Source: Myxococcales bacterium (GTDB lineage Bacteria; Myxococcota_A; UBA9042). From it: 64,000 bases of DNA. How positions within the stretch are numbered: position 1 is the stretch's first letter; the number at the start of each line of letters is the position of its first letter. Below the pieces are notes generated by a model that had not been told where the DNA came from, made no database searches, and worked only from the letters and a program-made list of their open reading frames with translations. Shown piece by piece: positions 29,401-39,447 of this stretch. A program made the position numbers and the translations under genes. Location: positions 96,001 through 160,000 of the forward strand of contig JBBISH010000001.1 in assembly GCA_037441385.1 (NCBI GenBank). Direction: 5' to 3'.

Positions 29401-31962
29401 GCTCAGTTGGACGATCCCACGCTGGCCAACTTGCGCTGGACCACGGCGACGCCCACGGACGACGGTGGGCTGTGGGCGGGCGGTATGACCTGGTCGGGCA
29501 CCCCGGCGGGCACCAACATCGGCGCCGGCAGCTACTGGATCGGCCACTTGTCGGCCGCAGCCAAGCCCACCGGCAAAGTCCTGATGACGACTATGTTTGG
29601 CAGCATCCCCGACCGCAACTGGCTGACGCTGAGCGCCACCGGCGACGGCGGGGTGTTGGTGGCCGGCACCGTGGCGACCCCCAACGGGTCGGGCGGCAAC
29701 CTCCCGCAAAAGCCGTTCATTTCCAAGGTAACCGCCGCCGGCGTCCAGTGGACCAAGCTCTACGGCGTCACCGCCGAGATCGAATTCTGCACGGCCGCCA
29801 GCCTAAGTGACGGCGGCACCTCGTGGCTGGCCGGCTCGCGAACCGTGGGCGGAATCGCCAAGTTGATGATCATCCAAGTGGCGCCGACCTGGCAGACGGT
29901 TTGGACCAAGCTCTACGATGTGGGCAGCACTTCTGCAGAGGTTTCGCGGGTCCAGGCGCGGCCCGGCGGCGGTTTGGTGGTGTTCGGTTGGCGCAACGAC
30001 CCCGGCGGAGCGATGCCCTTTGCGGTCGCGGTGGACGCGTCCGGCACCTTGGTCTGGGTCAACAGCTACCCCACCAGCGACTCCACCTGGACCGGCCGCA
30101 CCTTCCAGGGCGCTGCCGCTACCTCCGACGGCGCCTGGTTGGTCGTCGGCGACGAGCGCTCGGGCACGAACCGCCGCGGCTGGTGGGGCGAGATCACCAG
30201 CAAGGGCGAGTTGGTGTGGAACGAAAGCTCGGGCAACCCCGGACGCTGGATGGACATTCAATCGGACGGCCTGGACCACTTCGCCGTGGCGGGCAGCTAC
30301 CAGCCGGTGGGTGCAACGGCGCCAGTCGCGTGGCTGCAGGGGCTGGACCGGCGCGGCAACGGCCAATGGGCGGCCCAGCAGGCCAGCGCCGACATCTGGC
30401 CCGGGGTGGCCACGGCCAAGCTGGGCGGCTGGTGGCCCGTGGGCGGCCAAGATGCGCCCGGAGCCGCGGGTTGGATCGGCCTGAGCCAACGGGTGGATCC
30501 GTGGGGCCACGCCAGCTGCAACGAAGCCGGGGTCTGCGCCACTGCCCAGGCCAGCGACTGCGACGACGGCAACACCTGCACGGTGGATAGCTGTGACGCC
30601 AGCAAGGGTTGCAAGGTCACCGCGGTCGAGAAGCTGCGCTGCCAGCCCACCGACAGTTGTTCGGGCATGGGCAGCTGCACCCAAGGCAAGTGTCCGCAGA
30701 CCGATCAAGGGCGCCTCTACAGCGCGGCCATTCACGGCGGCGGCACCACCTTCTACGCCGCAGCCACCCAGGCGAACGGCAGCACGCTGGTGGGCGGCAC
30801 CACCGCCGGCCCCAAAGCCGTGTTGGTGCGTCTGGACGACGCGGGGCACGAGGTCTGGAGCGACGTGCTCATGTTGGGGCCAGCGGGGAGCTTGGACTAC
30901 GCCTATGTCCACAGCATCGTGCCCACTCCCGACGGTGGCTTCTTCGTCGGCGCCTCGGGCCGCTTGGGCAGCATGAACTATGACGGCAACGTGGGTGGCC
31001 CAGAGCGCTACCGCCGACTGCGCAAGTACTCGGCCAGCAACGTGATCACCTTTGACGAATGGTCGGGCGACGACTACCCCAACAACGCGAACAACCAGAA
31101 AGAGGGCGACGACGTGGTGGATGAGGGCGACGGCACCTACATCTGGCTCAGCCGCGAAGGCGACAAGCCCAACGCGACCAAGCTGAACCAAGTTGGAACG
31201 TACCTGTACTCGGTTGCGCCCTACATCCCGCCCTACGATGGCACCGGGATCACCAACTACGCCTGGGATCTGCGGGGCGCTGCCGCGCCCAATGCCCAGA
31301 CCTGGGTGGGCGGCTTCCGCCGCTCGGCCGACACGCGCTACGGCTGGCTGTCCAAGTTGAGTTCGAACGGCACGATCTTGTTCCAAAAGGATTCCGTGCA
31401 GATCATGACTGGCTGGACGGGCGCCTACATCCGCGACATGGAACCAGCACCCAATGGCGGCGTGTACGTGCTGTTCCGCATGGTCAATCCCGCGGGAGCG
31501 ATGACACCGCGCCTGGCCAGGTACGACGCCAACGGCAATGGCAACTGGCAGATCGACCTGGGCGACGACGCCTACTACAACGCGTGGGCGCTGGTTGGGC
31601 GATCCGATGGCGACGTGTGGGTGGTCTCGGAGGCCCAGAAGAACGGCTACAGCATCCCGTGCATCGACGTGCGCAACCCCAGCGCGCTGCGCCGCTATCG
31701 CTTCTTCCTGCCCGGAAGTGGCTCGCTCTTCGCGGCCACGACAGCGGGTTGGGGCGACATCGTGGGCGCCGGCCGCATCGCCGACTTCAGCAATGGCCTG
31801 GTGATCCGCGCCACCGCCTGGGGCCAGACGGGCTGCGCCGCTGCGGGAGCCTGCGCAAGCAAAGCGCCGGTCACGTGCGACGACGGCATCGCGTGCACCA
31901 TCGACCTGTGCGCCCCCAGCACGGGCGCGTGCAGCCACACCAACCTGCCGTCCTGCCTCTAG
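26491..31962 (+). CDS. giant Cys-rich repeat surface lipoprotein with two probable beta-propeller regions
   Basis: VFGGC lipobox; about six ~120-aa Cys modules and CDDGNxCTxDxC repeats; two Cys-poor Trp/Gly-rich beta-repeat regions. Confidence 0.8.
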   Translation: MLGHGGWVARPFGTGGAKIPARGGRLALAWMLSWTLAWTGLVFGGCGSDPTPTSADLAAQASDITSTDTPAPADTSAADVALADAASVECLSAADCAAPANPCLVAQCSAGKCTEAPAVTGVCEDGDPCTVADHCSSGQCVPGLDVCACHSDAECPDDGNACNGKPICDTAILPHVCRVPLETVPNCSSDADSECSKNACNSETGACGMAAVEHTLLMCSASGCVRVMTTALMAAGVCDDGNPCTAGDVCKGGQCKAGLDVCNCSSDADCPDDGNLCNGVAYCDKAKLPWSCHLKPFSKVVCSTGGDSACLRNVCDPTKGECSLQPSENLTWTCADGNCAWAVLPPGSPTSSVACSDGNACTSGDFCASGACKAGQESCSCSSDADCAAQEDGDVCNGTLFCNKATGACQLNPATVIQCPTADDTACQKNVCYPKTGVCQPASVEKTTQVCDGNVCTWHLLPPGSPSPGSVWCDDGNPCTQGEACIAGQCAGGTNTCACKSDADCKGLDDGDLCNGVMYCDKAKLTCVLNPASVKPCPTVGDTACQKNACQPLTGLCSATPVGKVKQACVALPDSSTVCVIEVKADAETQGIVCDDGDPCTAGEVCEAGACTGGKKTCTCKTDSDCAGLEDGDACNGTLYCNKQTGDCAWNPATVVSCPSAADTVCLKNACDPSSGQCVAKAVELTKKVCDVQSGCRLEVSLAGSPTSTCEDGDPCTKGDVCGAGQCQSGVFVCECASSADCAKKDDGNLCNGVAFCDKSVAGSPTCAANPASVVVCPATGELCVGNTCDPATGKCGKVAANEKKSCDDGTLCTTADQCTGGQCLGTAIDCNDASACTNDSCSPQTGCVHVGSNCDDGNGCTADLCDAKSGLCVHDATSLTAKACSDGDPCTLSDSCQAGTCTSGAPVICPATSKPCTVPVCVAQPGATYQCVTALAKDGAACGDGKACTLDATCQAGTCKPGTVERLGFAQLDDPTLANLRWTTATPTDDGGLWAGGMTWSGTPAGTNIGAGSYWIGHLSAAAKPTGKVLMTTMFGSIPDRNWLTLSATGDGGVLVAGTVATPNGSGGNLPQKPFISKVTAAGVQWTKLYGVTAEIEFCTAASLSDGGTSWLAGSRTVGGIAKLMIIQVAPTWQTVWTKLYDVGSTSAEVSRVQARPGGGLVVFGWRNDPGGAMPFAVAVDASGTLVWVNSYPTSDSTWTGRTFQGAAATSDGAWLVVGDERSGTNRRGWWGEITSKGELVWNESSGNPGRWMDIQSDGLDHFAVAGSYQPVGATAPVAWLQGLDRRGNGQWAAQQASADIWPGVATAKLGGWWPVGGQDAPGAAGWIGLSQRVDPWGHASCNEAGVCATAQASDCDDGNTCTVDSCDASKGCKVTAVEKLRCQPTDSCSGMGSCTQGKCPQTDQGRLYSAAIHGGGTTFYAAATQANGSTLVGGTTAGPKAVLVRLDDAGHEVWSDVLMLGPAGSLDYAYVHSIVPTPDGGFFVGASGRLGSMNYDGNVGGPERYRRLRKYSASNVITFDEWSGDDYPNNANNQKEGDDVVDEGDGTYIWLSREGDKPNATKLNQVGTYLYSVAPYIPPYDGTGITNYAWDLRGAAAPNAQTWVGGFRRSADTRYGWLSKLSSNGTILFQKDSVQIMTGWTGAYIRDMEPAPNGGVYVLFRMVNPAGAMTPRLARYDANGNGNWQIDLGDDAYYNAWALVGRSDGDVWVVSEAQKNGYSIPCIDVRNPSALRRYRFFLPGSGSLFAATTAGWGDIVGAGRIADFSNGLVIRATAWGQTGCAAAGACASKAPVTCDDGIACTIDLCAPSTGACSHTNLPSCL

Positions 31963-32675
31963 ATCTGGTCCAGGCCGTCCAGGCGCGCCACGAGCCACGG
32001 TTGCAGCGCCGACAGCACCGCCATCGGGATCTCGTGCTGGCCGTTGAATTCCATCAGCTCACCCTGCCAGCTCGCCTGTTGCAGCAGCGTGTGCAGAGCC
32101 CGCGCTCCCGCCACCGGCAGCAGCGGATCGTGGCGACCATGGCTCTGGAAATAGGGGAACTGAGGCTTGGAAGCGGCCAACCGCGCCCAACCGTCGCGAT
32201 CGATCAGCGTGCCCGACAGGATCACCAGACCGCACGGCGCCACCGGCGAGTGCAGCGTCCAATCCGTCGCCACCATCGCGCCCTGCGAAAAACCGCCGAT
32301 CACCACCCGCGCCGGATCGGCGCCGAATTCGCGCAGCATGGCTGCGACCTGCTGGCGACTGCTCTCTAGCGCTGGCGGGCGGCTGCCACTCAAGTCCGCG
32401 CCGCGCCCCGAGATCATCGCCAATTCTAGCGCCACCATGTCGATTGGGAACCAGGCGCGCCCGGTCATGTGCGGTCCGATCGGCACCTCGAGCGGCGCGT
32501 TGGGCACCAACCACGTGGGCCGCTGTGGGAGCGGCAGAGCCTGCGCCAAGGGCGCCAAATCCCAAGCATCCGCGCCGTAGCCATGCAGCAGCACCAACAC
32601 AGGCGCGCCAGGGTCGCCGGGCACGACCAGGGTTTCTAGCCCTCCAAGTTGGCGAATTTGGGGCGAGTGTGACAT
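31959..32675 (-). CDS. phospholipase/carboxylesterase (alpha/beta hydrolase)
   Basis: LLHGYG, GFSQG nucleophile elbow, HGRHDP, GQHEI. Confidence 0.9.
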   Translation of the reverse strand: MSHSPQIRQLGGLETLVVPGDPGAPVLVLLHGYGADAWDLAPLAQALPLPQRPTWLVPNAPLEVPIGPHMTGRAWFPIDMVALELAMISGRGADLSGSRPPALESSRQQVAAMLREFGADPARVVIGGFSQGAMVATDWTLHSPVAPCGLVILSGTLIDRDGWARLAASKPQFPYFQSHGRHDPLLPVAGARALHTLLQQASWQGELMEFNGQHEIPMAVLSALQPWLVARLDGLDQI

Positions 32676-32870
32676 GTACGCTCCAGGCGACGGGCCAGAA
32701 GGGGGCCCCACCGGCGGCGAATTGGGCACCGCCAGCGCAGCCGCGTCAATGGCGACCTGTGGCAGGCCCCGCCCCACCGACGCGAAATCGTGCTATCTTG
32801 TCGCGCCCGCGACCGGCACGGCCCGCGCGGGTCCCCCGGAAATGGAATGTGTCAAACGCCAGGAAACGGA

Positions 32871-34967
32871 ATGACTAAGCGCTTTTACGTCACAACCCCG
32901 ATCTACTACGTCAACGACAGGCCGCACATCGGCCACGCGTACTGCACCGTGTTGGCCGACGCGGCGGCGCGCTGGCACCGGCTGCTGGGCTACCAGAGCT
33001 ACTTCCTGACCGGCACGGACGAGCACGGTCAAAAAGTTCAAGAAGCCGCACAGAAACGCGGCATTTCGCCACAAGCGCATTGCGACGAGATGCATTTGGC
33101 CTTCAAGTCGTTGTGGCCACAGCTCAAATGTGAGCCCAATCAGTTCATCCGCACCACTGAACCGCGCCACAAAGCGGTGGTCCAGGCGGCGCTGCAGAAA
33201 TTGTTCGACGCCGGGCTCATCGTTTCGCGCGAGTTCGAGGGCTGGTACTGCACCCCCGAAGAGCGCTTTTGGACCGAGAAAGAGCTGGCGGGCGACGCCT
33301 GCCCCAGCTGTGGCCGGCCGGTCACGCGCTTGGCCGAGAAGAACTACTTCTTCTTGATGAGCCGCTACCAGGATCGCCTTCGCGATGCACTTAACTCTGG
33401 ACGAATCAAGGTTTATCCGGCCAATCGCGCCAACGAGGTTCTTGGTTTCTTGGACAAGCCTTTGCAGGACCTGTGCATTTCGCGTCCCAAGTCGCGGCTG
33501 GCGTGGGGCATCGAGCTGCCGTTCGATCGCGATTTTGTCACCTATGTATGGTTCGATGCGTTGCTCAACTACGCTTCTGGCATCGGCTTTCTGGGTGCCG
33601 CGCCGCCGGCGGATGCGCAGTTCCCGGATCCCGCGATGGGCGCCGAACAGAACTTTGGCCAGTGGTGGCCCAACGTGGCGCACTTCTTGGGCAAGGACAT
33701 CCTGACCACCCACGCCGTCTACTGGCCGACGATGCTGATGGGCTTGGAAGAGGCGCTGGGTCTGCCGCAGAACTCGTTGGTTCCAGGTCGCTTTGTCGTG
33801 ACCGGTTGGTGGCTGATCGACAACGCCAAGATGTCGAAATCGGTGGGCAATGTGGTCAGCCCGTTGGGCATGAAAGACAAGTACGGGCCCGAGGTGCTGC
33901 GCTATTTCTTGCTGCGTGAAATGGCGGTGGGACAAGACGCCAATTTCTCGGAAGAGGCGGTGCTGCGGCGCAACAACGCCGACCTGGCGAACGATCTGGG
34001 CAACTTGCTGCAACGTGTCTCGGCGCTGGCGGGCAAGAACTGGGCGGGCAAAGTGCCCGCGCCGTGTGATCTGCAGAGTCCCAGCGCCGAGCTGGCGATG
34101 GGCCTGGCAAATCGCCTGCTGGGCCGCAACCTGAACCTGGCCGCGTTGAGCGAGGCCAACCGTAACAGCGTGGCGCAGGTCGATCCGATCGCCGAGTCGG
34201 TGGCGCAGTTCAAGCTGCACAAGGCGCTGGCCGACACGATGATGCTGGTCGGGGCGCTGAACAGCATGATTTCGCTGGACAAACCCTTCTCACTGGTCAA
34301 GACTGACCCAGCGCTGTCGGGCGGCATCGTCTACGCGGTGCTGGAGGGCCTGCGCATCGTGGCGCACTTGGTCGAGCCGGCCATGCCCGACACGGCGCGC
34401 GAAATCCTCAAGCGAATCGGCTGGACAGGCGGCCTGCTCACCTTGGACGAGCTGCGTTGGGGTCAGCTGCCGGCGGGGGCCGACTTGGTCGAGGGCCCGT
34501 CGCTGTTCCCCAAGCGCGAGCTGGAAGTCGCGGCGCCCGAGCCCAAGGCCGAGGCAAAGCCGCAAGCGCCGGACCAGGGCCAGCCAGTAGTTCATGTGCC
34601 GGCAGCGACAGCGGAATTCAAGGTGGCCGACATCAAACCCGAAGTGACCATCGATCAGTTTGGGGCGGCAGACTTGCGCATCGGGCGCGTGCAGATGTGT
34701 GAAAAAGTGCCCAAGTCGACCAAGCTGCTGCGCCTAGAGGTCGACATCGGCGAGGCCACGCCGCGGCAGATCCTGTCGGGCATTGCGGAGTCATTTGCGC
34801 CCGAAGACCTGCTGGGCAAAGAGATTTTGCTCATCGCCAACCTGCCGCCGCGCAAGATGATGGGCCTAGAGAGCCACGGCATGGTCCTGGTCGCGGACGA
34901 CGGCCAAGGCAAACGCGTGCTCATGCGCCCCGAGCGCGACGTCCCCACGGGCGCCACAGTGCAGTAG
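32871..34967 (+). CDS. metG: methionine--tRNA ligase with C-terminal tRNA-binding domain
   Basis: TTPIYYVN, HIGH, GTDEHGQK, YVWFDAL, KMSKS, NLPPRKMMGLESHGM. Confidence 0.98.
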   Translation: MTKRFYVTTPIYYVNDRPHIGHAYCTVLADAAARWHRLLGYQSYFLTGTDEHGQKVQEAAQKRGISPQAHCDEMHLAFKSLWPQLKCEPNQFIRTTEPRHKAVVQAALQKLFDAGLIVSREFEGWYCTPEERFWTEKELAGDACPSCGRPVTRLAEKNYFFLMSRYQDRLRDALNSGRIKVYPANRANEVLGFLDKPLQDLCISRPKSRLAWGIELPFDRDFVTYVWFDALLNYASGIGFLGAAPPADAQFPDPAMGAEQNFGQWWPNVAHFLGKDILTTHAVYWPTMLMGLEEALGLPQNSLVPGRFVVTGWWLIDNAKMSKSVGNVVSPLGMKDKYGPEVLRYFLLREMAVGQDANFSEEAVLRRNNADLANDLGNLLQRVSALAGKNWAGKVPAPCDLQSPSAELAMGLANRLLGRNLNLAALSEANRNSVAQVDPIAESVAQFKLHKALADTMMLVGALNSMISLDKPFSLVKTDPALSGGIVYAVLEGLRIVAHLVEPAMPDTAREILKRIGWTGGLLTLDELRWGQLPAGADLVEGPSLFPKRELEVAAPEPKAEAKPQAPDQGQPVVHVPAATAEFKVADIKPEVTIDQFGAADLRIGRVQMCEKVPKSTKLLRLEVDIGEATPRQILSGIAESFAPEDLLGKEILLIANLPPRKMMGLESHGMVLVADDGQGKRVLMRPERDVPTGATVQ

Positions 34968-34996
34968 CGGCAACCTGCACGGCTATGGAGGAATTC

Positions 34997-35530
34997 ATGA
35001 GCAGTCCCATCCGCATCGGCGTCGTCACCGTCAGCGACCGCGCCAGCCAAGGCATCTACACGGACCTGAGCGGCCCGGCCATCGCCGAGTGGCTGCGATG
35101 GGCCCTGACGTGTGAGTACGAACTCATCCAGCGCCTGGTGCCCGACGAGCAGGACCGCATCGAGGCGACCCTGACCGAACTGACGGACCTGGAAGGTTGC
35201 TGCTTGGTGGTGACCACGGGCGGCACCGGGCCCGCGCCCCGCGATGTCACGCCCGAGGCGACGCTGGCGGTGATCGACCGGGAATTGCCCGGCTTTGGCG
35301 AGCTGATGCGGGCGGCTTCGCTGAAATTCGTGCCCACCGCGATCTTGTCGCGCCAGCTGGCGGGCACCCGTGGTTCGTCGCTGATCGTCAACCTGCCCGG
35401 CAAACCCAAGGCCATCGCCGAGTGCCTGCAGGCCGTGATGCCGGCCATCCCGTATTGCGTCGACCTCATTGGCGGGCCGTTCTTGATCACCGACCCCGAG
35501 CGAGTGGCTGCCTTTCGGCCGAAATCGTAG
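34997..35530 (+). CDS. mog: molybdopterin adenylyltransferase
   Basis: TVSDRASQGIYTDLSGP, TTGGTGPAPRDVTPEAT, NLPGKP. Confidence 0.95.
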   Translation: MSSPIRIGVVTVSDRASQGIYTDLSGPAIAEWLRWALTCEYELIQRLVPDEQDRIEATLTELTDLEGCCLVVTTGGTGPAPRDVTPEATLAVIDRELPGFGELMRAASLKFVPTAILSRQLAGTRGSSLIVNLPGKPKAIAECLQAVMPAIPYCVDLIGGPFLITDPERVAAFRPKS

Positions 35531-35560
35531 TTCAATCTTGTCTCTTCAAGGAGTTATGCG

Positions 35561-36430
35561 ATGACGCCAGCGCGCTTTCCCGTGCACTACGTCACAGTCA
35601 TCGGCGCCGGCACCATGGGCCACGGCATCGCCCACGTGACGGCGGCGGCGGGTCTGAGCGTCGTCTTGTGCGACATCTCGGCCGCGGCGGTAGAGGCCGG
35701 ACTGGGCAAGATTCGCGACAACCTGGACCGCGCGGTGGCGCGCGGCAAGCTGACCGAGGCCGAACGCGACGCCACGCTTGCGCATCTGCAGGGCAGCGAT
35801 GACCTGCAAGCCGCTGTCGCACAAGCTGACCTGGTGATCGAGGCCGTGCCCGAGGTCCTGGACCTGAAGCTCAAGGTGCTGGACACCGTGGCCGCGGCCG
35901 CGCCCGAGCGGGCGGTGGTGGCCACCAATACCAGTTCGATTCCGCTGGCGCGCCTGAGTCAGGCACTGCGCTGCCCCAACCAGTTCATCGGCCTGCACTT
36001 CTTCAATCCGGTGCACCTGCAGCCCCTGCTCGAGATCGTGCGCTCGGACGGGACCGACGACGAAACCCTGGACCTCGCCCTGGATTTTGCCCAGCACATC
36101 GGCAAGGAGCCGATCGTCGTGCGCGACGTGGCCGGCTTCGCTTCCAGCCGCCTGGGCATCACCCTGGGTCTAGAGGCGATTCGGATGGTGCAAGAGGGTG
36201 TAGCCACCCCAGCCGACATCGACAAAGCCATGGAGCTGGGGTATCGCCACCCCATGGGGCCCCTGAAGCTGACCGACTTGGTGGGCCTGGATGTGCGCCT
36301 GGCGATTGCCGAAACGCTGTCGCGCGAGATCGACCCGGTGCGGTTTGCGCCGCCGCAGCTGCTGCGCGACATGGTGGCGCAGGGCAAGCTGGGCAAGAAG
36401 TCGGGCCACGGATTCTACGACTACGAATAG
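35561..36430 (+). CDS. 3-hydroxyacyl-CoA (3-hydroxybutyryl-CoA) dehydrogenase
   Basis: GAGTMGHGIA, EAVPE, TNTSS, GLHFFNP, HPMGP, GKKSGHGFY. Confidence 0.93.
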   Translation: MTPARFPVHYVTVIGAGTMGHGIAHVTAAAGLSVVLCDISAAAVEAGLGKIRDNLDRAVARGKLTEAERDATLAHLQGSDDLQAAVAQADLVIEAVPEVLDLKLKVLDTVAAAAPERAVVATNTSSIPLARLSQALRCPNQFIGLHFFNPVHLQPLLEIVRSDGTDDETLDLALDFAQHIGKEPIVVRDVAGFASSRLGITLGLEAIRMVQEGVATPADIDKAMELGYRHPMGPLKLTDLVGLDVRLAIAETLSREIDPVRFAPPQLLRDMVAQGKLGKKSGHGFYDYE

Positions 36431-36451
36431 CCGACGGGCGCAGGGGGTACC

Positions 36452-37186
36452 ATGTCCGAATCCGCAACCGCCGCGGCCGAGCGCGCCTACGTGCAAAAGG
36501 CCACCGCCAAAGACGGCGAGGCCTTTCAGGATTTCTTGCGGCACAAGGGCTTTGTTGACCCGTCTTTTGTCCAAACCTGGGGCGCCGTCACCGAAGTGCT
36601 GAATCAGAAGCCGTTTGGTCCGCGCATCCTGGACTTGGGCTGCGGACCCGGGTGGACGTCGCTGTTCTTGGCCGCGCGCGGCTTGGACGTCACGGCCGCG
36701 GACCTTTCGCCCGACATGCTGGCGATCGCGGTCGACAACGCCAAGCGCCACGGGGTGATGCTGCGCACGGCCGAGGCCGATATGCAGGCCGGCTTTGATC
36801 TGGGCCACGACTTTGACGGCGTGCTGATCTTTGACGCGCTGCATCACTGCCAAGACGAAGCAGCCGTCTTGCGGCACTGTTTTCAGGCCTTGCGCCCAGG
36901 CGGCAGCATCCTGCTGGTTGAGCCAGACTGGTTCCACGAGTTTGGCGGCTCGGCGCGCCACGATCGCCGCGAATTCGGGACCACCGAGCGCGGCATGGGC
37001 TGGGGGCGCATGTCGCGGGCGTTGCGGGCCGCCGGCTTCGACGACCTGCAACGGTTCTACAGCCTGCAAGGCACCTTTGCGCGCTCGCCGTGGCAGCGTC
37101 TGCGTTCGCTAGCGGTGGCGGCTCTGACGGTGACCGTCGGCTTCCCGCATCGCAGCGTCATCGGCTACGCCCGCAAGCCGGGCTGA
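36452..37186 (+). CDS. class I SAM-dependent methyltransferase
   Basis: ILDLGCGPG, ADLSPDML, DALHH, LRPGG. Confidence 0.9.
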   Translation: MSESATAAAERAYVQKATAKDGEAFQDFLRHKGFVDPSFVQTWGAVTEVLNQKPFGPRILDLGCGPGWTSLFLAARGLDVTAADLSPDMLAIAVDNAKRHGVMLRTAEADMQAGFDLGHDFDGVLIFDALHHCQDEAAVLRHCFQALRPGGSILLVEPDWFHEFGGSARHDRREFGTTERGMGWGRMSRALRAAGFDDLQRFYSLQGTFARSPWQRLRSLAVAALTVTVGFPHRSVIGYARKPG

Positions 37187-37254
37187 TCGCGTCGGCCAAC
37201 CTCGACGAACTCCGCGACAACTCGTAGCATGGCCGGTGGAGGCTCCGCATCCAC

Positions 37255-39258
37255 ATGGTCGAGCACACTCCCATGGCCGCCGCAGACCAATCCCGTCATC
37301 GGGGTGGACTTCGGTTGTGGTGGGTTGCCGTTGCACTGCTTGCCTCTGGCGCCACCCTGCCCGCTTGCCGCGACGAAGCGCCGGCCGCAACCCTGACCGT
37401 GGGCGATCCGGCCGGCAACGGCGCAGATGGCCAGCTCGCCGCCGATGCGATAGAGCGCACCGACAGGCAGGGCAGCGACAACGGCGCTGCGCCCGAAGAC
37501 ACGAGCCCGGACACCGCACAGCCGGGAACGGATGCCGAGCCAGCGGCCGACGCCGCGGAATGGGACGATGGGCCCGCAGATGGGCCCGCAGAGGACGGGC
37601 AGACCCAAGATGGCGTGCCCGCCGACGGTTCGCCAGACGACGGCGGGCCAGACGACACGACCGCCGAGGTAGTCCAGACGGACGCAGGGCAAGTGGACAC
37701 CCAACCCTTTGACACCGCGCCCGATACCGCCGACGTGCCGCCCAGCGGCTGCAAAACCGACGCGGACTGCAACGACAACAACGTCTGCACCGCCGATACC
37801 TGCCTGGTCAGCGGCAGTTGCACGTGGCTGGCCACGCCCGGCCCCTGCAGCGATGGCAACGCCTGCACGCTGGGCGAAAAATGCCAGGCTGGCAAGTGCA
37901 GCGGCGGCGTGGCCCAAGACGACCAGACCGCGTGCGGCGACGGCAACGTCTGCACAGTAGAAACCTGCGACGCGGCAAGCGGTTGCGTGAGTGTCGCGGC
38001 GGCGGGTCCGTGCAGCGACGGCAACGGTTGCACCGCGGGCGACACCTGCGCCAACGGTGCGTGCGTGGCTGGACCGCTCACCGTCTGCGACGACGCCAAC
38101 CCTTGCACATCCGACAGTTGTGACCCCTCTAGCGGCGGCTGCGTCAGTCAGGTCCAAGTCGCGACCTGCAGTGACGGCAACCCGTGCACCATCGGCGATG
38201 TGTGCCAGGGCGTGGCCTGCCTGCCCGGACCAGCCAAATCGTGCGACGACGGCAACCTCTGCACCGGCGACGCGTGCAATCCGCAAACTGGCGCCTGCGC
38301 CAACAGCCCAACCTCTGGGGTATGCGACGACGGCGATGCTTGCACTACCGGCGACGTCTGCGCCAGCGGCAACTGCAAAGGCGGGACGGTCAAGTTGTGC
38401 GACGACGGCAACCCCTGCACCGCCGACAGCTGCAAAGGCGGCGTGTGTCTGGCCACCGTGCTCGCCGACGGCAGTACCTGTGGTGCGCAAATGGTATGCA
38501 AAGCGGGCAGTTGCTCGGCACCGGTAGCCACGGCCGCCGCCAGTTGCCAGGCGCTCAAGGGCGTAGGCAGTGGCGTCCAGACCCTCGACGTCGACGGCGC
38601 GGGCCCAGTGGCGCCCGTCCAGACCTACTGCGAGATGAGCCTATCGGGCGGCGGTTGGACATTGTTGGCGGTCGTCAGCGACGACAGCGTGTCCACATTC
38701 ACCATGAATACCAAGGATTTGTGGGGCAACAGCTCAGCTCAGGTGGGATCGGTGGCCGCGCTGAACAAGGACTTCCGCTCGCCCCTGTTGGCCACGCTGC
38801 CGGCCAAAGAGGTGCTTTTCCAACACTCTTCGGGTGTTTGGGCGCAGTACACGTTCGGCGACGGCAAGTCCAGCCTGGGCGCCGCTGTCGTCAAGGCCGG
38901 CGGCCCGGTTTGCTATGGCATGGGCAAAGGCCTGGCGATGACCGCCGGCACGCTGCCCAAAGTGGGCAAACTCTGCGAAACCATGTTGTATCTCAACCCA
39001 GCCGACCACGACGGCTACCAAGTCTGCTCCATGGACGACACGCCCGAGCACACCTGGGGCCCCGCGTGGAACGTCAACCGCGAGGCCGGCTGCTTCGACG
39101 ATCCGGGCTGGGCAGGCAGCCTGGGCCCCGTCGCGAGCGAACCCACCGTCGAAGGCGGCACGGTGCAAGGCCACCCTGTCGGTTTTGGCTGGGCCATCGG
39201 CGTCAACACCGGCGTGGCCGGCAGTGCGGCCAACTGGATGCGCCTGTACGCGCGCTAG
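37255..39258 (+). CDS. Cys-rich repeat lipoprotein with fibrinogen/intelectin-like C-terminal domain
   Basis: LPAC lipobox, acidic linker, CDDGNPCT repeats, SCQAL...YCEMSLSGGGWTLL. Confidence 0.75.
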   Translation: MVEHTPMAAADQSRHRGGLRLWWVAVALLASGATLPACRDEAPAATLTVGDPAGNGADGQLAADAIERTDRQGSDNGAAPEDTSPDTAQPGTDAEPAADAAEWDDGPADGPAEDGQTQDGVPADGSPDDGGPDDTTAEVVQTDAGQVDTQPFDTAPDTADVPPSGCKTDADCNDNNVCTADTCLVSGSCTWLATPGPCSDGNACTLGEKCQAGKCSGGVAQDDQTACGDGNVCTVETCDAASGCVSVAAAGPCSDGNGCTAGDTCANGACVAGPLTVCDDANPCTSDSCDPSSGGCVSQVQVATCSDGNPCTIGDVCQGVACLPGPAKSCDDGNLCTGDACNPQTGACANSPTSGVCDDGDACTTGDVCASGNCKGGTVKLCDDGNPCTADSCKGGVCLATVLADGSTCGAQMVCKAGSCSAPVATAAASCQALKGVGSGVQTLDVDGAGPVAPVQTYCEMSLSGGGWTLLAVVSDDSVSTFTMNTKDLWGNSSAQVGSVAALNKDFRSPLLATLPAKEVLFQHSSGVWAQYTFGDGKSSLGAAVVKAGGPVCYGMGKGLAMTAGTLPKVGKLCETMLYLNPADHDGYQVCSMDDTPEHTWGPAWNVNREAGCFDDPGWAGSLGPVASEPTVEGGTVQGHPVGFGWAIGVNTGVAGSAANWMRLYAR

Positions 39259-39447
39259 CGCAGTTTTCCCTGCTATCCACCAGGGTTGGCGCGCAGTGAT
39301 GTGCCGTCACCGCCAGCGATCGGCGCGATAGTCCGGTCTGGGGTATTCAGACCCCAATCGTGGGCCAATTCGGGCTGCCTTCATGGCCGTTGCTGGGTTC
39401 GGGTGGTATGTTGCGCGTGCTGGGGTTGACCCGGAAAGCGGGCGGCG

